A stretch of DNA of 64,000 nucleotides from Dipteris shenzhenensis (taxonomy: Eukaryota), in the NCBI GenBank assembly GCA_047967505.1, contig CM106538.1; one strand, given 5' to 3'. The notes beneath the pieces are model-generated. The model searched no databases and was not told the origin of the DNA. It saw nothing but the letters and a program-made list of their open reading frames with translations. Positions 1 to 11,652 of the stretch are shown one piece after another. Made by a program: the position numbers and the translations under genes. Within the stretch, counting starts at the first letter, position 1. The number at the start of each line of letters is the position of its first letter.

Positions 1-1367
1 ACATTTTACCCCTGCTGCCCGCCATTGCGACTTCTCTACCTGCGCCCTCTTCATGAAATTTGTCATCTGTGGGGAACATGTCAATGCTTGCTTCTAGCTT
101 TGCTTTAGCAATAGTATGAGCAAGCTACTCATGAATTCTGAGCTGAAATCGTGAAGAAATTGTCGATTCTCACTTCGGAATTCCTTAGACAATGTTGGCC
201 GACCTGAAGCAATCAGCACGCATTCTTCCTGGAGGACTTTGCTTGGTATATAAGCTCTCTCTCCCTTGCAAAATCCCTCTTGGATCTGCTCTCCATCATC
301 TCAATTTCGGCCTTTATCGACCCTCTATGTCTACAGGCAAATTTTTTCCTTTTTTGGTCAAAATCAACTGACTAGTCAGTCTCAACAATTGGGGCTTTTT
401 TACTTTTTCAAGAAGTTTTGATAGTGTTTTCTCTGCTTGACTATAAGAACTCGGTCATGCATCACTCGGGTGTCATTGTAATGTGCATTTATGGGGATGA
501 GGTGCTTATGCATTATATGTTGACCAAGTTTGACCACTATAATGGTGCTTACTTGATGTTTGAAGCTAATTCAAAGATGATTACAGTACCTAGCATAATG
601 AATGAAGTGTATTTACATTTGGATGATTGCATTATGCCATACGTTCATGAGCTTCTATGTACAAGAGTAGACACTGCCCTTGTTTTACTAACAAGTGGTA
701 AGACCCTCTTCATATTTAATTTATGTGAAGGCATATGGGATGCATGTGATCATGTACTTGAAGCTACTCATTTGGTACCATACTTCATTAAGAAAGAAGG
801 TATGAAGAAGAAGGATGCAAGAAAGATAGAGTAGCATCATTGAGTGAGGTTCATGGTATGGAGGGTAATGGAAAGCAAGAAGTAATCCATGATGCAATAC
901 AAAAATGTAATGCATCTCCGCCGACACCACAATTGATTCTCTGGTTTTCTATATGTAGTCAGTCACTTTTTGACGTTGTACTTTGTCTCATAGACCTGAG
1001 AGGTCTTCTGCAGACGTTTACTCAAAATTCGTAGCTTAGTTCTAGATATAATCTCTCTCTCTCTCTCTCTCCTTCCTATCCCAGAGAAGAAACGAATGTT
1101 GAAAATTGTCTTATGGCTTTTAAATACCATCTACCTCTATCTCCCTCTCCACCCTACCTTTTGCAACAAACATACAGAGAAATTGTGAGATGAAAACTTA
1201 TCTACTTAACAATGAGACAACTTTCACAACAAAGTCACTTCATTACCTTTAAAGTATGTTTCTTTCTTGTGAAGTTGATTCTCTGTACTCCAATAAAATA
1301 GAGGAAGGTGTGAAAATGGTAACACGCTCATTTTTCTTCCAAGAAGAGTCAAGTCACACTCCTGGTT

Positions 1368-1400
<33 letters not shown>

Positions 1401-1419
1401 GGAGAGGGGGGGGTAAGTA

Positions 1420-1890
1420 GAGAATGAATGGACGTGATAGCAATATAAGAGAGGAGGGACGAATAGACCTTGGACAAAAGTTTTCTTTGAAACATTTTCA
1501 TAGGTGGAAGAAAAGTGTGAACAAACAGGAGAGAAAATGACTAATCAAATGTGGAATGAAGATAGTTTGAAACAAGCTATAGATGGTAGCAAGAATACAT
1601 TTTTTGAGTGCATAGAAGAGATGAAACGTTTTTAAAGAGAGAGAACAATGAAAGAGTTGGTTTGGAATTTGAAGGTCCAAGCCAAATGGTTGAACTAGAA
1701 GGAAAACATGAGCACAGCTCTAGTTAGGGGATAGTTTGGATGGGAGCAAAACAAGGAGACCTGATATGGTGGCAAAAGCAATTTTTCATTGCAAAGCACC
1801 AATGATAATTTAAACGTATTTCAGAAAAAAGTGGAATTTCCCCTAGGGAGCTTCTATTACAGAGAAGTCCACAGGGCATAATCTCCTTCA
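1420..1890 (+). repeat. Dispersed non-coding repeat, copy 1 (copy 2 at ~62080-62576)
   Basis: Shared colinear blocks: aaaatgactaatcaa, gatagtttgaaacaag, ctagaaggaaaacatgagca, ttacagagaagtccaca. Confidence 0.8.
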
Positions 1891-3835
1891 TGTGCATATT
1901 ACGCCATGCAACTAATGTGAATTCCTTAGGAAACTTTGCAAGGTCCTTACATTTAAAGGTTCTATAGGTAGCGGACGTTATTCAGAGGGGCAACAAGAAA
2001 CTTCAGTCTCAAGCTCTCCACCAGTGACACCTCCTCCAAGAGTGAGAGACTAAGTACACCAAGGTGCTAGAATGACAAGACAATTTTTTATAACCATTGC
2101 GGCCCAGGGACACAGCTGCAGAGATTGAGGGATTAGGGTGAACAGATGCACTCAGACCCTTTGTCTGTATAGGGGGTGACCTTCCGATGAATATCATCCA
2201 GCAAGTTTCTTCTTTTGTTAAGGCAAACTTTAGTGTAACTGAAGTAGTTTGTATCAACCAAAGATAAAATCTGATCTTTCGACATGTAAGGATAATACTT
2301 CTAGGCCCTCTGTTCAGCTGTTAATAGACCCTAAAACCCTGTAGCAACGTTCATAATGTTAGATTCCAATGAAAGATGACACCAATTCAACCTAGCGATG
2401 TTACCACTCGAAAGTTCTATCAGCTGCAATACTGCTCGTGCTACAGAACTCAAAACATTCTAGAGATCCGCTCACTGCTAGAGAACTCGTGGCATCCAAG
2501 AGATTTCACCATCTATTCAAGTGTTTATGGTAACAACGCAACCAACTGATCAAATCTTCATTCAAGCTACCAGACCCATTCTGCCCATACATGTACGACA
2601 GGCGTCCATTTGAAAACACGTTCTAACGGTGTGTGACGCTTGTAACAGAGCTCACACGAAGTACACATAAGGCTTTAAGATTGTCTATACACATTCTCTT
2701 TACCTTTTCGCAAATCTGTAAGTCAGAAAACTACAAACAAGATTTCTATGCTTATACTATCTCTCTCTTTCCAGCAATAATCTATCACTACAATTCTCCA
2801 AAGAACTCTGGAATCCACATCTAACTTCTAGAAGGACTTTCAACCACTGGCTCTAACTCAAAACTCAAAACTTCAACGTATTCTTCTTTTCGGAAACAAC
2901 AAGATGACAACTATAAATAACAGACAACCAATCAATCTTCAACGATCCACTGAAACAAATCCCTCCAAGTCAGTGAGAGCTTTCTATTGGGCTAATATGC
3001 ATTCCAATTCTAGAAAAAGAAAAAATTTAAAAGCGGTAACATAAACAGTGGATCCATCACATGCATACTGTACCAGTTTGGTGCCATCGTTGAGACCATT
3101 CTCTACACCAGTTGAACTTTCAGCAGATCTAGCAGCTAGTGCGCCAAGAAAATTTTCCGTCTTCCACATCCATAGCCAGTGTATAACCAATATGATTGAT
3201 CAGCAGCGGCTTAAGATTACAATCCCAAGTCAGGCTTTGCTAGCCAGAGCCATGTCTCCACACAAATAGTGCCACAAAACAAATCCACAGGACAATTCAT
3301 TGATCGACAACAGACCATCTGAACAGCGTCTGCATTTCAGACACTTTATTGGTCAGCCTGTGCACTGCTCATGGAGTGGAAAACAACAGCCTTCTGCAAA
3401 CAGGATAGAAGCGCTGCCAACATGATCAATAGCAGTATAGCATGCTCCAACGTATCAATACAACCCCAAGCTCTACATTTCAAAGAGTCATGCTGCAAGC
3501 AACCTCGTACAGAATTTCTTCCCTGCAGACAAACATATGCGGTGGCCAAAAGACAATGTCTTAGACATATAATAGGCAGCTGGCAATATTGGTGAGCACA
3601 AAGAGCACCAACTTCAGTTCTATTGTTGAGCATCCATGATGCGACCTCTTAATCTGTGCAGATCAATTCACCCATTCTCACCTCCCCAGAGTCTAAAAAC
3701 GTTAAAAATCCACGTGCTCAACACCTTTGACTCAACCAGCTTCCTTTTCTTTAAAGCCCTTGATGATCTTTTTATAATCAAGGGCTTCAATAATTTCAAA
3801 CAGTGCTCTACTTTTTAATCTTGTTAGTTAAGAGT

Positions 3836-4040
3836 GATGCTTACAAAGCATGCTCCCTCCTGGAAAAGATGCTTGCAGTATGCATCCTTTACTGTGATCA
3901 TGTGTATTTCTTGGTGGCAAAGTGGCAGGCACTTTAATTCAAAGATTCTTTGACACCCAATCGTGCCATAAGATGTACTCATAAGCCCAGCTCTAGCCCA
4001 CTTCTCACGAGACAACGTAAATCATCCTCCTTTTCATGGA
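3836..4040 (-). pseudogene. Second, more degenerate DYW domain remnant
   Basis: Across frameshifts it reads EKEDDL..EKWARAGLMSTSYGT..VSKNL*I..ACHFATK..ITVKDAYCKHLFQEGAC, colinear with the DYW consensus. Confidence 0.7.
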
Positions 4041-4294
4041 GCTTTGCATGGAATATCACTGGTTTGCCACAATAAGCGCCATCTTCAGTCCTGAAGAAGC
4101 TGCCATCTTGGCAAAGTTGCTGAGAATATATGATTAAGTCCCTCAATCTATGTAGATCCTTCCAATATCAATTCAGACAATATTGCCTCTAAAAAAGTTT
4201 ATAAATCTTCCTTTTCTCAAAAGCCCTCGATGATTGATCGTGTTCTTATCGCTCCAATCCTTTCAAATAGTGCTCCAATCTTTAGCAGTGTTAA

Positions 4295-4685
4295 TTAATA
4301 GTAATCTTTACAATAGCATGCTCCACCGTGGAAGTGATGAATGTGGAATGCATCCTTTACTATGATCTCTTGCTTTTCAACCTTGGCGATCATCTTGGTG
4401 GCAACATGGCATCCACCGCACATACAAAGATACTTTGATACCCAAAGAGTTCTGCCTTCAGGTGTACTTATAAGCCAGAACGCTATAGCCAACTTCCCAG
4501 AATGTCCCATAGTGCATCCTCTCTTTCTCGTCAAATGTTGGATCCGAAATAAACCAGGTTTATATCCTTCTTCCTTCATTTCCACACTTAATGTCTTGAG
4601 CTTTGGATAGATACCATCAATTTGAGGGTAACTTTTGTCTCCCACAATGAAATCATGCACCTGATTGCCAATCTCAATAAAGGCA
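4295..4685 (-). pseudogene. Out-of-frame, decaying E+/DYW deaminase domain of the PPR gene (DYW:KP-like)
   Basis: AFIEIGNQVHDFIVGD..HSGKLAIAF..CGGCH..HHFHGGACYCKDYY lies in a different frame from the PPR ORF. The catalytic HxE reads HSG, and extra indels occur near 4510-4545. Confidence 0.88.
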
Positions 4686-7600
4686 TGCATTCGCATGTTT
4701 CCTAAGACCATCTACATTCTTTGCGTCCTGTTGCATGCCAGCATAAGCATAGATATTTGACATAATCACATATGCTGCAGCATTTCCAGGATCCATTGTA
4801 ACAACACGGTCAAAGCATTGCCTTCCTAAACTTACCTTGCCAATTTTTCTACAGGAACTGAGCAGAGACCTCCACCCCACAATATTAGTCTGAAAAGGAC
4901 TAGTGTCAAGCAAGTCTTCGGCCTCACTCAGTCGCCCTGAATGGCCAAGAAGGTCAACCATAGTATTATAATGTTCAATTGCAGGTGATATAAAATGCTT
5001 CTCACGCATTAGCTTGAAATATAAACAGCCTTCCTCTACCAGGCCCGCACGGCTGCATGCTGAAAGAAGGCTCTGAAATGTCATATCATCTGGCTTTAAC
5101 CCTGCTTGTTGCATATCCTTGAAAATTTCAAAGGCCAGAAAACAACTATCATTCTTGGCATACCCTGCAATCAATGCACTCCACGTTGCAATATCATGTG
5201 TGAGCAACCTATCGAACACTGCTTGGGCATCTTTGAGGCTTCCACAATTCGCATACATATCAATCAGTGTGCTGCCAACAAATGGATCCAATTCAAACCC
5301 AGTTTCAGTGATATGGAGGTGAATCTTCCTGCCGTGCTCTAAGGCTGCCATGCTGGAACATGCTTTCAAGACACAAATATATGTGACCCAGTTTGGCATC
5401 ATGCCATCCTCTTGCAATTGCTCGAAAAGTCGCACAGATATCTGACCGGAATCATGCTCGGTATAGCCTATAATCAACATATTCCAAGTCTCTATATCTC
5501 GTTCTGGCAATCTATTGAAAACCATGCTTGCATCCTGGACACTGTGACATTTCCTGTACATGTCTATAAGTGCATTGCCAATATTGCCATCAAAATCAAA
5601 ACCTCTCTCAAAGATATACGTGTGAACCTTCCTTCCCTGCTCAAGGTCTGCCATGCGGGAGCATGCTTTCAAGATGCAAACAAATGTGATGGGATTTGGA
5701 TCAGTCCCATCTTGTTGCATTTTCTCAAAAAGTTGCAAGGCCTCTTCATCATGGTCATACTGGACATACCCTGCCAGCAAAGCATTCCATGCCACAATTT
5801 CTAGCTTGGGCAACTTGTCAAACACGGAACATGCATCCTCAAGGCTCCCCAATTTGACATACATGGTTATGAGAGTGTTACCAATAGACAAATCCAACTC
5901 AAACCCACTTCCAATTATGTGATTGTGAACCCACCTTCCTTGCTCTAGGGCTGCTACAGCTGAACAAACTTTCAAAATGCAAACAAACGTGGTTGGGTCT
6001 GGTTCTATGCCCTCCTGTTGCATTTGCTGGAAAAGCGGGAGAGCCTCCTGACCATTTGCATGCTGTGCATACCCTGCCATCAACACGTTCCACGTCACAA
6101 CATTTCGTTCTGGCAATCTGCCAAAAGTAATGCATGCATCGTCAGGTCCTGCACATCTGAAATACATATCAATGAGAGTGCTACCAACAAAAAAATCCGA
6201 TTCAAAGCCACATTCAATTATATGCATGTGAATCCGTCTACCCTCTGCCATGGTGGAACATGCTTTCAGGATATTGACAAATGTGACAGGGTTTGCTTTC
6301 ACACCCTCCTGATGCATTTGGTCAAATATTAGGAGAGCCTCTTGACCATGTCCATGCTGAGTATAGCATGCAATCAAAGCACTCCAAATCACAACATCTA
6401 ATTTTGTTAACGCGTCAAACACTACACGTGCATCCTCAAGGCTCCCACAGTTCGCATACAGGTCAATGAGGATGCTGCCAATAAAACCATCCACCTCAAA
6501 CCCACTTTGGATGATGAGTATATGAATACGCTTACCTTGCTCTAGGGCTCTTATGATGGAGCATGCTTTCAATGTGCAAGCATATGTTACCTGGTCTGGC
6601 TGTATGCCTGCCTCTTGCATTTGACTGAATATTTGTAAAGCTTCTTGGCCATGTCCATGCTCAGTATACCCAGCAATTAACATGCTCCATGTCACAATGT
6701 CTCGAGAGGGCAAATTGCCAAACACCGTGTGGGCATCCTCGAGGCTCCCACATTTGGTATACATGTCAATAAGAGAGTTACCGATGAATGCATCCAGCTC
6801 AATTTCTGTTTCTACGATCTGAACATGAACCCGCCTGCCCTGCTCTATGCTGGAACATGCTTTCAGAAGACATCCGTATGTGAACTGGTTAGGTTTTTGA
6901 CCGTCCAGTTGCATTTGCTCAAAAAGTTGGAGAGCTTCATGGCCATGTCCATGCTGGGCACACCCGGCAATCAATGCACTCCATGTCACAACATCACGCT
7001 TGGGCAAAGTTTCAAACACCATGTGAGCATCCTCGAAACTCCCACATTTAGCATACATGTCCACAAGAGTGTTGCCAACAAACAGGTCCAACTCAGACCC
7101 ACATTTGGTAAAATTAGCATGAATCTGCCTGCCCAGAGCTAGGGCTCCAACACGAGCACATGCTTTCAAAATGCAAAAAAAAGTGACCTGATTTGGAGTC
7201 AAACCCCTTTCCATATGATCAAAAAGTTCAAGGGCTTCTTTACCATGTCCATGCTGAGTGTAACCTGAAATCAATGCATTCCATGCCGTCACCTCTCGGT
7301 TGGGCAATCTATCAAACATCACCTGTGCATCCTGAAGGCTTCCACATTTGGCATACACATCAATTAGAGTATTGCCAATAAATGCACCTGACTCAAGCCC
7401 TCTTTCAATGATGTGGGCATGAATGCGTCTACTTTGATCCAGGTCTGTTATGCCCGCACATGCTTTTAGGATGCATATAAATGTGACCCGATTTGGCTCC
7501 ATTCCTGCCTCATGCATTTGCTCTGAAAGTTGAAGAGCCTTCTGACTATTCCCGTGCTGGGCATATCCGGCAATTAACACATTCCAAGTTACAACATTCT

Positions 7601-8108
7601 GCTTGGTCGATTTTCTGAATACTATGTGTGCATTCTCAAGTCTCCCGCATTTGGCATACATGTCAATGAGGGCACTGCCAACAAATGCGTCTGACTCAAG
7701 GCCGCTTCCAATGATTTGTTGATGGATGTACTTCCCCTGCTCTACCAGTGCTAGGCTAGAACATGCTTTCAGGACTGACACGAAAATGTGTCCATTAGGT
7801 TCCAAGCTTGACTTTTGCATCTGGTGATAGACTTTGATAGCTTGCTCATTCTGCCCAAGATTAGCATGTGCTGAAATAATTGCACTCCATGCAACCAAAG
7901 TCAGTTTGTCCAGGCTCTTCTCTGCCCTCTGAATCTCTAAATAAGGTATTTCATCACTGCTTCGTGATTGTGCAGACTGTGTTTTCCTCCACCCTCGAAA
8001 CTGCATTGCGGAAGCAAATGAGAGCGGGGAGCTTGTGGTTCTTTCTTTTCTGCCATTTTTCTGTTTGAGTCTTCTCAAACGGCTTGTTTCCCCCCGGCAG
8101 ATTTCCAT
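4674..8108 (-). CDS. PLS-class pentatricopeptide repeat protein (~10 P-L-S triplets + E1/E2), organellar RNA-editing factor; DYW domain lost by frameshift
   Basis: Uninterrupted ORF (open from 8222) with ten repeated WxALIxGY..G...AL.LF.QM / TF..ILKAC / GxxLIDMYxKCG triplets, then E1/E2 (WRSLLSSC..GRQCFDRVV..AAAYVIMSNIY). Start codon uncertain (ATG at 8222, 8108 or 8006). Confidence 0.93.
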   Translation of the reverse strand: MEICRGETSRLRRLKQKNGRKERTTSSPLSFASAMQFRGWRKTQSAQSRSSDEIPYLEIQRAEKSLDKLTLVAWSAIISAHANLGQNEQAIKVYHQMQKSSLEPNGHIFVSVLKACSSLALVEQGKYIHQQIIGSGLESDAFVGSALIDMYAKCGRLENAHIVFRKSTKQNVVTWNVLIAGYAQHGNSQKALQLSEQMHEAGMEPNRVTFICILKACAGITDLDQSRRIHAHIIERGLESGAFIGNTLIDVYAKCGSLQDAQVMFDRLPNREVTAWNALISGYTQHGHGKEALELFDHMERGLTPNQVTFFCILKACARVGALALGRQIHANFTKCGSELDLFVGNTLVDMYAKCGSFEDAHMVFETLPKRDVVTWSALIAGCAQHGHGHEALQLFEQMQLDGQKPNQFTYGCLLKACSSIEQGRRVHVQIVETEIELDAFIGNSLIDMYTKCGSLEDAHTVFGNLPSRDIVTWSMLIAGYTEHGHGQEALQIFSQMQEAGIQPDQVTYACTLKACSIIRALEQGKRIHILIIQSGFEVDGFIGSILIDLYANCGSLEDARVVFDALTKLDVVIWSALIACYTQHGHGQEALLIFDQMHQEGVKANPVTFVNILKACSTMAEGRRIHMHIIECGFESDFFVGSTLIDMYFRCAGPDDACITFGRLPERNVVTWNVLMAGYAQHANGQEALPLFQQMQQEGIEPDPTTFVCILKVCSAVAALEQGRWVHNHIIGSGFELDLSIGNTLITMYVKLGSLEDACSVFDKLPKLEIVAWNALLAGYVQYDHDEEALQLFEKMQQDGTDPNPITFVCILKACSRMADLEQGRKVHTYIFERGFDFDGNIGNALIDMYRKCHSVQDASMVFNRLPERDIETWNMLIIGYTEHDSGQISVRLFEQLQEDGMMPNWVTYICVLKACSSMAALEHGRKIHLHITETGFELDPFVGSTLIDMYANCGSLKDAQAVFDRLLTHDIATWSALIAGYAKNDSCFLAFEIFKDMQQAGLKPDDMTFQSLLSACSRAGLVEEGCLYFKLMREKHFISPAIEHYNTMVDLLGHSGRLSEAEDLLDTSPFQTNIVGWRSLLSSCRKIGKVSLGRQCFDRVVTMDPGNAAAYVIMSNIYAYAGMQQDAKNVDGLRKHANACLY

Positions 8109-8206
8109 TGAGAACTTCGCCGTTTGCCTTTGGACCTCTGAAAACCATTCAGGTTGTACGTTGTCTGGTCTCAACTCAGTCTCACGGGAGAGGACTTTTC
8201 CGTGGA

Positions 8207-8532
8207 ATGGAGACAGAGGCATCCTGGGCTGACCTTACCTATGAAGCCCTGGTGGAGATTTTCAAAAGAGTAGGCTTTGAGGACCTTTACCTTTCTGTGC
8301 CGCTGGTATGCACGGCATGGAGAAGAGCGTCTAAAGATTCAGTTTGCTGGGAGCTTGTAAATATGGAGGATTGCTTTCGGAAAAGGCAGGAGACTTTAAT
8401 GTGGTGGGAGCCATCTTTCGAGAAGAAAATCGATTTTATGGTTAAGTTGGTGGTCGATCGGAGCTGTGGGAATTTGCGCGAACTGTCTACTCGACATTGT
8501 TCCAATGACGCGTTGTTTTACGTTGCCTCACG
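8207..8532 (+). CDS. First coding exon of a SKIP1-like F-box/LRR protein; no downstream exons found in the window
   Basis: METEASWADLTYEALVEIF..VPLVCTAWRRASKD..W (F-box), then WWEPSFEKKIDFMVKLVVDRSCGNLRELSTRHCSNDALFYVASR, resembling Arabidopsis SKIP1. Ends at a cg|GTAGGT donor (8533). Confidence 0.75.
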
Positions 8533-8705
8533 GTAGGTTCACCACATTCTCTGTAAATTCTGGTGCGCCTGGCTGCACGCCTGTATTGTCTGTTGGATTG
8601 TTTCTTCCTTCCTCCGCTTGCATACTTATCTCTGCACATGTAGTCGCTTGGCTTGAGTTAGAAAGAGCTGTACGCGTTTCCCAATCCTGCAAGGACGATT
8701 CCAAA

Positions 8706-9010
8706 TTGCAGCCAGCATCATCGTTGTTAACTTTAATCTCATTTGTTAAAAACTACACGATCGGTTCTCAGTAGCAGTAACATATGTTCCGGCATTCTTG
8801 GTATCCAGGTGTCATGTTGGAAATAGAAGGGCTATGGCGGAGCTCTTTCCCAGACAACACGGTTAAGCAGGTGAATGAGGCCTCAATAGGATGTTTGATG
8901 TCTTTATTCACTTGCTGTAGCTGCTCCAGATCTCTTCTCTAACATGAAACTTCATGTGACAGAGAGATTCAATGTGTGTGGACCTCTTGCAAAGTACAAA
9001 GCGGGCTTTG
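8706..9010 (+). repeat. Left arm of ~305-bp inverted repeat (partner 10987-11291)
   Basis: Direct reading: ttgcagccagcatc...gcgggctttg is the near-perfect reverse complement of 10987-11291. Confidence 0.92.
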
Positions 9011-9357
9011 AAGAATGATATACAACAATATAGGAAGTCTTCAAAAGGCATGAAGTACTCACATCATTTTGCACTTTCTCTTGCTTCCTCAACTTAAATA
9101 AACACTTTTTTAGAAGATTCTTTGGAAGTAAATATAAAGAGGAATCTTATAGAATCCTTATCATAGTAGCAGCCTATTCACCTTCAAAACCAATACCTCG
9201 GGATCACAAGGGAAGACAACGAGGGAAAGGCTATACCTTCCTGGAAAAGACATTATCAATTAGAGGCTATTATGTAATATTTAACGAAGTGTCATGAATC
9301 AAGTATCAATCCAAACCTCTTGTTAGGCATATCTTCCATCTCTATCCTCTACCTTCG

Positions 9358-11043
9358 TTATTCAATGAGGATGCTGCCAATAAAACCATCCACCTCAAAC
9401 CCACTTTGGATGATGAGTATATGAATACGCTTACCCTGCTCTAGGGCTCTTATGATGGAGCATGCTTTCAATGTGCAAGCATATGTTACCTGGTCTGGCT
9501 GTATGCCTGCCTCTTGCATTTGACTGAATATTTGTAAAGCTTCTTGGCCATGTCCATGCTCAGTATACCCAGCAATTAACATGCTCCATGTCACAATGTC
9601 TCGAGAGGGCAAATTGCCAAACACCGTGTGGGCATCCTCGAGGCTCCCACATTTGGTATACATGTCAATAAGAGAGTTACCGATGAATGCATCCAGCTCA
9701 ATTTCTGTTTCTACGATCTGAACATGAACCCGCCTGCCCTGCTCTATGCTGGAACATGCTTTCAGAAGACATCCGTATGTGAACTGGTTAGGTTTTTGAC
9801 CGTCCAGTTGCATTTGCTCAAAAAGTTGGAGAGCTTCATGGCCATGTCCATGCTGGGCACACCCGGCAATCAATGCACTCCATGTCACAACATCACGCTT
9901 GGGCAAAGTTTCAAACACCATGTGAGCATCCTCGAAACTCCCACATTTAGCATACATGTCCACAAGAGTGTTGCCAACAAACAGGTCCAACTCAGACCCA
10001 CATTTGGTAAAATTAGCATGAATCTGCCTGCCCAGAGCTAGGGCTCCAACACGAGCACATGCTTTCAAAATGCAAAAAAAAGTGACCTGATTTGGAGTCA
10101 AACCCCTTTCCATATGATCAAAAAGTTCAAGGGCTTCTTTACCATGTCCATGCTGAGTGTAACCTGAAATCAATGCATTCCATGCCGTCACCTCTCGGTT
10201 GGGCAATCTATCAAACATCACCTGTGCATCCTGAAGGCTTCCACATTTGGCATACACATCAATTAGAGTATTGCCAATAAATGCACCTGACTCAAGCCCT
10301 CTTTCAATGATGTGGGCATGAATGCGTCTACTTTGATCCAGGTCTGTTATGCCCGCACATGCTTTTAGGATGCATATAAATGTGACCCGATTTGGCTCCA
10401 TGCCTGCCTCATGCATTTGCTCTGAAAGTTGAAGAGCCTTCTGACTATTCCCGTGCTGGGCATATCCGGCAATTAACACATTCCAAGTTACAACATTCTG
10501 CTTGGTCGATTTTCTGAATACTATGTGTGCATTCTCAAGTCTCCCGCATTTGGCATACATGTCAATGAGGGCACTGCCAACAAATGCGTCTGACTCAAGG
10601 CCGCTTCCAATGATTTGTTGATGGATGTACTTCCCCTGCTCTACCAGTGCTAGGCTAGAACATGCTTTCAGGACTGACACGAAAATGTGTCCATTAGGTT
10701 CCAAGCTTGACTTTTGCATCTGGTGATAGACTTTGATAGCTTGCTCATTCTGCCCAAGATTAGCATGTGCTGAAATAATTGCACTCCATGCAACCAAAGT
10801 CAGTTTGTCCAGGCTCTTCTCTGCCCTCTGAATCTCTAAATAAGGTATTTCATCTCTAGGAAATACCTGAGTTTCAGAAGGCAGAAAAGAGCTAGGAAAA
10901 ACATTTGTCTCCACAAACTTGCATGATGCTCTTTGTTTCAATGATGCTAGCTGCACCCAAAGAGGGGTCTGCCCAACATCAATCCACAAAGCCCGCTTTG
11001 TACTTTGCAAGAGGTCCACACACATTGAATCTCTCTGTTGCAT
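9358..11043 (-). pseudogene. Truncated PLS-PPR duplicate (561-aa ORF, no E/DYW) with a different N-terminus
   Basis: 9362-10854 duplicates 6463-7955 (offset 2899). I saw only two differences, both synonymous. The ORF stops right after the duplication breakpoint. Confidence 0.85.
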
Positions 11044-11291
11044 GAAGTTTCATGTTAGAGAAGAGATTTGGAGCAGCTACAGCAAGTGAATAAAGACATC
11101 AAACATCCTATTGAGGCCTCATTCACCTGCTTAACTGTGTTGTCTGGGAAAGAGCTCCGCCATAGCCCTTCTGTTTCCAACATGACACCTGGATACCAAG
11201 AATGCCGGAACATATGTTACTGCTACTGAGAACCGATCCTGTAGTTTTTAACAAATGAGATTAAAGTTAACAACGATGATGCTGGCTGCAA
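10987..11291 (-). repeat. Right arm of ~305-bp inverted repeat (partner 8706-9010)
   Basis: caaagcccgc...gctggctgcaa, with a handful of mismatches to the left arm. Confidence 0.92.
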
Positions 11292-11516
11292 AGTCCACCT
11301 TCCTTCCTGCTACTTGCATTATTCTTCCAACCACTCTGCTGGCCCCGTGGGGCTAAAATACACGGCTCAACAGTCTTCCTGTAGACAAAAACGTTCATAT
11401 GTAGACGGTGGAGGAAGCAACCCTCAAGATTCTCGGACCTGCCAGACAAAGGTATCCATCCATCCCTGACAGACATCTTTGGGGGGAAGTGACCTCGAAT
11501 CCCAGCTCTGCTACTC

Positions 11517-11652
11517 TTGACAGAGGGATTGATTGAAAATTAATATTCATACCCTCTTAAAAAGCGATAACTTTTTAAGAGATCTAAAATCATGGGTACG
11601 TTCTTGACAGAGGGATCGATTGAAAACTAATATTAATATCCTCTTAAAAAGC
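11517..11652. repeat. Near-tandem ~50-bp direct repeat
   Basis: cttgacagagggat.gattgaaaa.taatatt.ata.cctcttaaaaagc occurs twice. Confidence 0.8.

Noticed and set aside
418-834. 138-aa ORF
   Set aside because: No recognisable domain; TG/CA-rich composition typical of methylation-decayed TE sequence.
2357-2826. Possible solo LTR (tgttaga...tctaac)
   Set aside because: The end lacks CA and no TSD was found; too weak to call.
5106-10280. Plus-strand ORFs antisense to the PPR arrays
   Set aside because: Shadow ORFs of the repetitive PPR coding sequence (the F-box exon is treated separately).
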